A DNA stretch of 64,000 bases. Origin: an uncultured Bacilli bacterium. Its GTDB lineage: Bacteria; Bacillota_I; Bacilli_A; RF39; UBA660. The position numbers and the translations under genes are program-made. Below, piece by piece: positions 54,727 through 62,750 of the stretch; positions within the stretch are counted from its first letter, which is position 1, and every line of letters starts with the position of its first letter. The notes beneath the pieces were generated by a model. The model was not told where the DNA came from and searched no databases. It was given only the letters and a program-made list of their open reading frames with translations. Location: assembly GCA_934090795.1 (NCBI GenBank), contig CAKOJQ010000002.1, positions 13,250 to 77,249 of the forward strand. Reading direction: 5' to 3'.

Positions 54727-55529
54727 TGTTTTTAAATATTATAAAGACCATTATTATAGGTATAATTGAAGGTGTTACTGAGTGGCTTCCAATAAGTAGT
54801 ACTGGACATATGATTTTAGCAAATGAATTAATTAAATTGGATGTATCAAGTGAATTTTGGAAAATGTTTGAGGTAGTTATTCAACTTGGTGCTATAATGG
54901 CTGTTGTTGTTATTTATTTTAAAGATTTATTTCCTTGGGGATTTAATAAAACTAAAGAAGATACTAAGAATACTTTTATATTATGGGGTAAAATATTAGT
55001 AGGATGTATACCATGTGCGATAGTTGGATTGTTATTTGATGATTGGATAGATGAACATTTTTATAATCCATGGACTGTTGCAATAACATTGTTTATTTAT
55101 GGTGTTTTATTTATAATAGTTGAAAATCATAAAAAGAAAAATACGATAAAAGAGGTATCATTTTTAAATGCATTTAAAGTTGGTTTATTTCAAGTATTAT
55201 CTATTATTCCCGGAACTAGTAGAAGTGGTGCAACAATTATTGGTGGTTTAGAAATGGGACTTGATAGGACAACTATTACTAATTTTACCTTTTATATGGC
55301 TATTCCGGTTATGGCTGGAGCATCTTTATTAAAAATACTTAAATTTGGGTTTGTATTTACAAGTAGTGAAATAATTATATTATTAGTTGGAATGATTACT
55401 GCGTTTATTGTTTCTTTAATGGCAATTAAATACCTACTTAAATATATTAAAACAAATGACTTTAAAATATTTGGATATTATCGTATAATACTTAGTGTTA
55501 TCGTAATTTTATATTTTATATTTAGATAA
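54726..55529 (+). CDS. uppP: Undecaprenyl-diphosphate phosphatase (BacA/UppP)
   Basis: GVTEWLPISSTGHM and PGTSRSGATI motifs. Confidence 0.9.
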   Translation: MFLNIIKTIIIGIIEGVTEWLPISSTGHMILANELIKLDVSSEFWKMFEVVIQLGAIMAVVVIYFKDLFPWGFNKTKEDTKNTFILWGKILVGCIPCAIVGLLFDDWIDEHFYNPWTVAITLFIYGVLFIIVENHKKKNTIKEVSFLNAFKVGLFQVLSIIPGTSRSGATIIGGLEMGLDRTTITNFTFYMAIPVMAGASLLKILKFGFVFTSSEIIILLVGMITAFIVSLMAIKYLLKYIKTNDFKIFGYYRIILSVIVILYFIFR

Positions 55530-55545
55530 TAGATAAGAGGTATTT

Positions 55546-56292
55546 ATGAAAAAAGGTTTTATATTCATACTTATTTTAGCAGTATTATTTGTTGGTGCTA
55601 TTCTTATATATGATTTTAGTGATATGCCTAGTGAACAATTAGGTGGACATGATTGGTACTTGTTAGAAAATAATGATATGTATGTTCTTAATTTAGCAAA
55701 TAATAGATTTAGTTTTAAAAATATTAGTAATGATGAAGAAAGATATAAGGATTGTAACACTTATAAATATAATAATTCTTCTAATGTTATTAAGTTAGAT
55801 TGTAGTATTAAAAATAATAAGTTATATATTGCAACATATGATGATAAAAAATTGGTTGTAACTATTAATGGTGAAGAGAAGACTCTTTATAATAGTAAAG
55901 AACTTGCTTATGAACATAAATTTATGGATGATAATAATTTAAGTGAGCAAGAATATAATGAATTATATAAAATTAATTTTGATGAAAAATATTATATTAA
56001 TGTTAAGGAATTTTTATCTATTTATAAAGGTAAAAGTAAGAAAAAGGTTGTGTTAGTTTCAAATAATTATAATTATGATAACATTTTAGATTATGTTAAA
56101 TTAAGTAAAATGATTGACGATAGTTATAAATTAATTGCCATAGATAGTTTAAGTGAAAGTGATTTACAAAGTTTGTTTACTAAAATAGGAATTACTGATT
56201 ATGATAATAGTTTGGTTACTGTTTATTCAGTAGGAAATAAGAAAACTAGTATTAATGAAGTATTAGATATTAAAAATATTAAGGAAATTTAA
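55546..56292 (+). CDS. Membrane-anchored hypothetical protein
   Basis: N-terminal TM helix. AAGAGG RBS. No family recognised. Confidence 0.55.
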   Translation: MKKGFIFILILAVLFVGAILIYDFSDMPSEQLGGHDWYLLENNDMYVLNLANNRFSFKNISNDEERYKDCNTYKYNNSSNVIKLDCSIKNNKLYIATYDDKKLVVTINGEEKTLYNSKELAYEHKFMDDNNLSEQEYNELYKINFDEKYYINVKEFLSIYKGKSKKKVVLVSNNYNYDNILDYVKLSKMIDDSYKLIAIDSLSESDLQSLFTKIGITDYDNSLVTVYSVGNKKTSINEVLDIKNIKEI

Positions 56293-56343
56293 AAAGGGTT
56301 TAGGCCCTTTTTTTGTGATACATTTATATATTTGTTATTTATT

Positions 56344-57273
56344 TTAAAAAAAATTCATTACTAAGTCAGTTAATATATTCTTTTCTTTGGGATTGGATTC
56401 TGCTATTAAAAGTGTAATTGCAACAAGAGTATTATTATCTATAATTTGTTTATTTTCAATATATAAAATATTATAAAATTCAAGAAAATATATAAATAAA
56501 GTAGCTGCAATTCTTTTGTTTCCATCAATAAAAACATGATTTTTAATAATTAAATATAGAAAATTAGCAGCCTTTTCTTCTATAGTAGGATATAAATCTT
56601 TACCATCAAATGATTGATATATAGTTCCAATAATTTCTTTTAATCCTTGATTTCTTTCAAGAGCAAATAAATCACTATCATTACTAAATCTAAGTTTAGT
56701 AATAATATTTAAACAATCTTCATAGGTGATTTGTTTATTATCTTTAGTTCCATTTGGTTTAATTATTCTTTTATGATCATAATCATCTAGAAGATTTAAA
56801 GCGTTAGAATAATTATTAATTACTTTAATTATTTCTTGGGCTTCATTTCCTTTTAATTTTGTATCTATTCTTCCAGCAATATCTATTAATTTAACAGTTT
56901 TTTCAAGATATTCTAATCTCTTTTGATTTACTGCATAACCTTTAATCATATATTCTTTTAAAATCTTAGTAGCCCATTTTCTAAAAATAATACCATTTTG
57001 ACTTTTAACACGATAACCAACACTTATTATCATGTCGAGATTGTAGTAATCTACTTGATAATTTTTTCCATCCTTTGCAGTTGTCGCAAAATTTGCGACA
57101 GTTGAATTATCTAATTCTTCTTTTAGGATATTATTAATATGTTTTCTTATTGTTTTGTAATCCCTTCCAAATAATTCGGCCATTTGATTAGCGTTTAACC
57201 ATACAGTTTCATCTTTCATATTAACCTCAAGTTTTACATTTTGATTTTTAAATAATACAATTTCATTCTTCAT
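56344..57273 (-). CDS. RhuM-family N-terminal domain fused to a Fic/Doc domain
   Basis: RhuM-like N-terminal half (VWLNANQMAELFGRDYKTIRKHI…ISVGYRVKS…FRKWAT). The C-terminal Fic motif is HVFIDGNKRIAA, which is Doc-type (GNKR). AAGGAGG RBS. Confidence 0.75.
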   Translation of the reverse strand: MKNEIVLFKNQNVKLEVNMKDETVWLNANQMAELFGRDYKTIRKHINNILKEELDNSTVANFATTAKDGKNYQVDYYNLDMIISVGYRVKSQNGIIFRKWATKILKEYMIKGYAVNQKRLEYLEKTVKLIDIAGRIDTKLKGNEAQEIIKVINNYSNALNLLDDYDHKRIIKPNGTKDNKQITYEDCLNIITKLRFSNDSDLFALERNQGLKEIIGTIYQSFDGKDLYPTIEEKAANFLYLIIKNHVFIDGNKRIAATLFIYFLEFYNILYIENKQIIDNNTLVAITLLIAESNPKEKNILTDLVMNFF

Positions 57274-57455
57274 TACTTTCCTCCTTTATTGTATAAATTT
57301 AAATATATTACCTATTTTGGCTTGTAACTACTATTATACACATCAAACAAATGTTTATCAATGAAAAATCGTCAATTATTTTAAAAAGTTTAATTAATTA
57401 AAATAATTGTTTATGTATAATTATTAGTATGATACTATATTTGTAGTGATGGTAG

Positions 57456-58844
57456 ATGAATTATTTAAAGAAGTCTAAAAAATATATAATATTGTTTTGT
57501 TTGATAATGCTGTTATCTTTCTTCTTTCCATTTTCATGTGATGATTTTTATTGGGGAAGTAAAAGTTTAAGTTTTAGTACAATTAAAGAAATATATAATG
57601 ATTTATTTTTAAATGGAAGATGGTTAGGAAATTTTGTTGCGATATTTATATCCCACAATCATTTAATTAAAGCATCAGTTGTTTCTATTGTAATAACATT
57701 GATAATATATTTAATTGATAAACATGAAAAGATCTCATTATGGATATTCTTAATATTAATACTTTTAATGCCTGTTAATAGATTTACACAAGTTATAATT
57801 TGGGGCAGTGGATTTAGTAATTATATGATTAGTACCTTACTTTTTATAAGTGTTTATTATTTGATGAAAAAATATTATAAGAAAACTAATAGTAAATGGT
57901 ATGAAAAGATTGGGATATTTATTGTTACAATACTTAATTCATTAGTTGTTGAAAATATAACTGTTGGTACTTTAATGATTTTATTTATTTATAATTTAAT
58001 ACATTTTATTAAAAATAAAAAAGTTAATATTAATCTAATTATTATGTTTATTGGCACTATAATTGGAGCAGTTATAATGTTTATTCATCCATGTTATGTA
58101 AATTTAATATTTGGTACTACGATAAATGATAGATATATTCCTCAAAGTTCTAGTACATTATTTTCAACAATCAAGAACAATTTATTTGATGGAATATTTG
58201 TGAACTTAATTAATGAAAATATACTTTTAAATGGATTTATTTTGTTTGTATTTTTTTATTTATATTTAAAAGGTAAATTAAAAAATATTACTGGAGTAAT
58301 AAGTTTTTATTTATTAACAGTTATGACTATATTAGGTGGTTTATTAAAATTTAACATATACAATATGTTTGTAATTGATATTTTGTATTTAATTAATTAT
58401 TTTTATTTAATATATAAGTTAGTTAGATTTAATAAAGAAATATGGGAAATAATTTTATTAATTATATGTGTTATTTTACCTCTTGTATTTATACATCCTT
58501 TGGGAGAAAGATTATTCTTTTTACCTTATGTGTTAGTTATTATTTTAATGTTTAGAGTTTTAAGTATAAATGAGGTTATTATTAAAGATTATGTTTGGCT
58601 TAAAATTTTTACTTTGATTTTATATGTTTTACTTTTATATGTAAATATTGAAAATTATCGATGTGAAGTTAAAAGAGATAATTATATTAAAAATAATTTA
58701 GATAAAAAGATTATTGAAGTAAATGGTTATAAATATCCTAAATATGTTTGGTTTGATAAAATAGATGGAGAATATTTTGGTAGGTATTATGATTTATATC
58801 ATGGTTATGATGAAAAAATTAGATATGAGATAAGGGATGAATAA
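57456..58844 (+). CDS. Polytopic membrane protein (~11-12 TM), function unknown
   Basis: Hydrophobic throughout. Ends 2 nt before the start of the ABC ATPase gene. Confidence 0.55.
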   Translation: MNYLKKSKKYIILFCLIMLLSFFFPFSCDDFYWGSKSLSFSTIKEIYNDLFLNGRWLGNFVAIFISHNHLIKASVVSIVITLIIYLIDKHEKISLWIFLILILLMPVNRFTQVIIWGSGFSNYMISTLLFISVYYLMKKYYKKTNSKWYEKIGIFIVTILNSLVVENITVGTLMILFIYNLIHFIKNKKVNINLIIMFIGTIIGAVIMFIHPCYVNLIFGTTINDRYIPQSSSTLFSTIKNNLFDGIFVNLINENILLNGFILFVFFYLYLKGKLKNITGVISFYLLTVMTILGGLLKFNIYNMFVIDILYLINYFYLIYKLVRFNKEIWEIILLIICVILPLVFIHPLGERLFFLPYVLVIILMFRVLSINEVIIKDYVWLKIFTLILYVLLLYVNIENYRCEVKRDNYIKNNLDKKIIEVNGYKYPKYVWFDKIDGEYFGRYYDLYHGYDEKIRYEIRDE

Positions 58845-58845
58845 A

Positions 58846-59553
58846 ATGATTGAGATTAAAAATTTAACTAAAAGTTATAATGGGGTAAAGGTAGTTGATA
58901 ATATTAGCTTAATAGTTAATGATGGGGAGATTTTTGCATTTATTGGTCATAATGGAGCTGGTAAAACTACAACAATTAAATCAATAGTAGGAATAAACAA
59001 TTTTGATAGTGGAGAAATATTTATTAATAGAAAGTCAATAGTTAAAGATGCTGTAAACGCTAAAAAAGAGATTGCATATGTTCCTGATAATCCAGATTTA
59101 TATGAGAATATGAAAGCAATTGATTTTATTAACTTTATTTGTGACATGTATGAAACTCCTAGTGATTTTAGAATGAATAATATAATTAAATATGCTAAGA
59201 TGTTTGAAATAGAAGATAAATTAAATAATGAAATATCGACATATTCTCATGGTATGAAACAAAAGATTGCGCTTATTGCCGCTTTAAGTCATGATCCAAA
59301 AGTATTAATTATGGATGAGCCTTTTGTTGGGCTTGATCCTAAGGCAGTATTTGATATGAAAAATATTATGAAAGAAATGTGTAAGGAAGGAAAGTGTATT
59401 TTCTTTTCAACTCATATATTGGATGTTGCGGAAAAATTATGTGATCGTGTTGCGATTATTAAAAAAGGAAAAATAGTTAAAGTTGGTAAGATGAAAGAAA
59501 TAATGGGAGATGAATCATTAGAAGAAGTATTCCTAGAATTAGGTGAGAACTAA
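58846..59553 (+). CDS. ABC transporter ATP-binding protein
   Basis: Walker A GHNGAGKTT, signature YSHGMKQK, Walker B LIMDEPFVGLD. AAGGGA RBS favours the ATG at 58846. Confidence 0.85.
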   Translation: MIEIKNLTKSYNGVKVVDNISLIVNDGEIFAFIGHNGAGKTTTIKSIVGINNFDSGEIFINRKSIVKDAVNAKKEIAYVPDNPDLYENMKAIDFINFICDMYETPSDFRMNNIIKYAKMFEIEDKLNNEISTYSHGMKQKIALIAALSHDPKVLIMDEPFVGLDPKAVFDMKNIMKEMCKEGKCIFFSTHILDVAEKLCDRVAIIKKGKIVKVGKMKEIMGDESLEEVFLELGEN

Positions 59554-61169
59554 TGAAAAAGTTATTTTCTTTAATTAAGGCAGTATGTTCACAAGATATG
59601 GATTTATTTAAATTTAAAAATAATGGAAATAAATTTTCTAAAATATTTTTATTTACCTTTTTATGTATAATACTAATGATATCTTTTGGAACATATTATT
59701 ATATGCTTGCTGAGAATTTGCAAAAAGTTAATTTAACTTATTTAATGTTAGGAATGGCACTTGTTATACCTACTATATTTGTATTTATGCAAGGTATTTA
59801 TAAATCACAAAATATTTTATTTGAAGCTAAAGATAATGATTTGTTAATGTCATTACCAATAAGTAAAGGAACTTTAATATTTATTAGATTCCTTAAAATG
59901 TATTTATATGAGTTAATGTATGGTCTATTATTTACATTACCGGCTATTGTTATTTATGTTTATTTTATTAAAGTAAATTATTTATTTTATATTGTAACAT
60001 TAATTATGATTTTAATGGTACCTATTATTCCAATTGTGCTTTCTAGTTTGATTGGATATTTGATTAAGAGATTTTCGATTAAGTTTAAAGCTAAAAAATT
60101 AGTACAAATTATTAGTACATTTATAATGTTTTTTGTAATTCTTTATTTTTCAAATAATACTGAAGGAATAATAGAGAATATAGCAAGTAATGCATCTAGT
60201 ATAAATGATATTATAACTAGAATTTATTATCCAATTGGTGCGTATATTAGTTTAATTAATAATTTTAATATCTTCAATTTAATAGTTTATTTAATTATAA
60301 ATTTATTACCAATTTTATTGTTTGTTTATATTTTAAATAAATCTTATTTTATGGTTATTAATAAATCTAGGACTAATAGTTATAGTAAAAGTAAAGAGTA
60401 TAAATATGATCGAAAGAAGATAATGAAAGCTTTAGTTGTTAAAGATATTAAAAGATATTTTTCATCAACTGTTTATGTTTTTAATACTTTCTTCGGACTT
60501 GTTCTTATGATTATAGCAACTATTGGATTATGTACTAATTTTGAAAAAACAATCGAATATATTTTAAGTGGAGAAATACCGGGATTAGATATAAACTGGC
60601 TTTATAGTATGGCTCCTAAGGTATTTTTCTTAATAGTTTTAGTTCTTTCATTTATGACAAGTATTACTTCATCAAGTATATCTATTGAAGGAAAAACTTT
60701 TAATATTTCAAAGAGTTTACCGATAGATACTAAAAAAATATTATTATCTAAGGTTATATTTAGTAATTTATTAATTATTCCAGTTGTGTTAATATGTGAT
60801 GTTATTTTCTTTATTAATTTTAAATTAGAAATAATAGATTATATTTTAATTATTTTAGTTAGTTTAGTAGCACCAACTATTTCATCATTGTTAGGTTTAG
60901 TTATTAATTTAAAATATCCTAAGATGGATGCAACAAGTGATACGGAAGTTGTTAAACAAAGTATTAGTTCAATGATATCTGTATTAAGTGGAATGGTTAT
61001 TGCAATTATAATAGGTGCTTTATGTCTAGCTACATTGTTTGGTTATATAAAATTAAGTATAAATAATATGTTAATTTTATGTATGGTTGGATTAATAATT
61101 TTAATGATTGTATTAGTACTGATTCTTAATAATTATGGTGTTAAAAGATATAGAGAGATTGAAGTATAA
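59553..61169 (+). CDS. Large ABC-exporter-type permease (~12 TM)
   Basis: TAATG overlap with the ATPase gene. Two blocks of ~6 TM helices. Confidence 0.65.
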   Translation: MKKLFSLIKAVCSQDMDLFKFKNNGNKFSKIFLFTFLCIILMISFGTYYYMLAENLQKVNLTYLMLGMALVIPTIFVFMQGIYKSQNILFEAKDNDLLMSLPISKGTLIFIRFLKMYLYELMYGLLFTLPAIVIYVYFIKVNYLFYIVTLIMILMVPIIPIVLSSLIGYLIKRFSIKFKAKKLVQIISTFIMFFVILYFSNNTEGIIENIASNASSINDIITRIYYPIGAYISLINNFNIFNLIVYLIINLLPILLFVYILNKSYFMVINKSRTNSYSKSKEYKYDRKKIMKALVVKDIKRYFSSTVYVFNTFFGLVLMIIATIGLCTNFEKTIEYILSGEIPGLDINWLYSMAPKVFFLIVLVLSFMTSITSSSISIEGKTFNISKSLPIDTKKILLSKVIFSNLLIIPVVLICDVIFFINFKLEIIDYILIILVSLVAPTISSLLGLVINLKYPKMDATSDTEVVKQSISSMISVLSGMVIAIIIGALCLATLFGYIKLSINNMLILCMVGLIILMIVLVLILNNYGVKRYREIEV

Positions 61170-61170
61170 A

Positions 61171-61197
61171 GGAATGTTTAATTAATAAAAACATTCC
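61171..61197. terminator. Bidirectional terminator
   Basis: GGAATGTTT-aattaataa-AAACATTCC, flanked by A and T tracts. Confidence 0.75.
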
Positions 61198-61209
61198 TTT
61201 TTAATGTGT

Positions 61210-61440
61210 TTAATCTAATTTATTAAATAAATCCTTAACTTCGATTTCTAAAGCTTTTGCTATTTTTTGAACTGTATCTAAAGAAAATTGTTTATCGCAA
61301 CCACTTTTTGTTTCAATTTTTTTTAAGTAATCTACACTTATATTGCTTTTCATAGCAAGTTTTACTTGTGTCCATCCTTTTATTTTTTTTTGTTTTTTTA
61401 TGTTTTGAGAAATCAAATAATATAAATTGTCTTTATCCAT
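61210..61440 (-). CDS. Small XRE-family HTH regulator
   Basis: GWTQVKLAMKSNISVDYLKKIE HTH. AAGAGG RBS. Confidence 0.75.
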   Translation of the reverse strand: MDKDNLYYLISQNIKKQKKIKGWTQVKLAMKSNISVDYLKKIETKSGCDKQFSLDTVQKIAKALEIEVKDLFNKLD

Positions 61441-61610
61441 TTATCTACCTCTTATAATTATTTAAGTTACCTCAAATGTAATTTTCTCATTAAATTTTTT
61501 AGAAAAACGTTGTTAACTAATGAATCATTTAAATGTTTGGATATTTAAAAAAAATATGTTATATTTGGGTTGTAATTTAGTAGTGCTAAGAATTATAGAA
61601 AGGATATTAA

Positions 61611-62282
61611 ATGAAAAAAATATGTATTTTAATTTTATGTTTAATTTTAACTTTAGTTACGTTTGGTTGTGGTAATAAAAGTGTACAAAAACCTACAAAT
61701 TTACAAGATACTTATAATGTGGTTAGTAATTATTTTGGCGATAGTAGTGTAGATAGATCTAATTTAGGTGCTTTTTATTTAGATGAAGAAAATAATATTA
61801 TTGTAGTTAACTTAATTGATAATAGTGAATCTAAACAAGAAGAATTTTTAGAAAAAGCTAATATTGATTCTAAATATATTAAATTTGAACAAGGTGGACC
61901 TTATAATACTAATAGTTTAGACATTGATTTAAAAGTATCTTAGGAAAATAATAATGAAAATATTAAATTTAAAGAATATTTAAAATTAGATAATAGAACT
62001 ATCTATTTAGCAGAAAACGTTAGTGAATTATTTATTGTTGAAAATAAAAATCAGACATCTTTAAAAAAATATATAATTAATAGTACTGAGGTAGTGGATA
62101 AGTTAATTGAAAATATTACAAACATATTAAATAAGCAATCTATTTTAAAAGATGGTGGGACAATTATATTTAAAAACAAAGATAAAAATATTACATTAAT
62201 TAAATGTAATACGATAGATAATAATAAAGATATTTATATAGGAGATTTTAATTTAAATTTTAAAAGTAGTATGTGTAAGTAG
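61611..62282 (+). pseudogene. Lipoprotein gene interrupted by an in-frame TAG
   Basis: Lipobox LVTFGC. Track ORFs 61611..61943 and 62094..62282 are in the same frame, and the interval between them is open. The TAG at 61941..61943 is the only stop. Confidence 0.55.
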
Positions 62283-62392
62283 TGCTAAGATGGTGTAAAT
62301 TTACTATGATATGTTTGGCTAATGAAAACAAATTAATATATATTTCAGTTGTTAAAAAAATCTTTACTACTGCTAATCATACCAATATAACA

Positions 62393-62545
62393 CTAACCAT
62401 AAGATAAATAATCTTCATATAATTTTAAAGTAAAATCATCTCCAGTCTCAATTATTTTTTGTTCCAAATTAAGTGGATTGATATTTGTAGACATTTTTTC
62501 GTTAAAAATATTTGTAAAATCATAAAAAATTGGTATAATATTCAT
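62393..62545 (-). CDS. Possible 50-aa small ORF (MNIIPIFYDFTNIFNEKMSTNINPLNLEQKIIETGDDFTLKLYEDYLSYG)
   Basis: ATG preceded only by a weak AGG. It lies in an otherwise empty ~470-bp gap. Weak support. Confidence 0.2.
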   Translation of the reverse strand: MNIIPIFYDFTNIFNEKMSTNINPLNLEQKIIETGDDFTLKLYEDYLSYG

Positions 62546-62750
62546 GTGGTTAACCTACTTTCTAATTTATTGTTTCAACTTAATTATAAAGTAAATTTTT
62601 AAGGTTTAACCACTTTTTTTATACAATAATTTACGACTATACGTAAAATTGCATGTTTCCCCGCCTTTGGAAACACTATCATTTGATTAGATTCATTTGT
62701 AAAAATTCTTATTTTATGTTATTATAACGGAAATTTAGGGGGATACTAAA

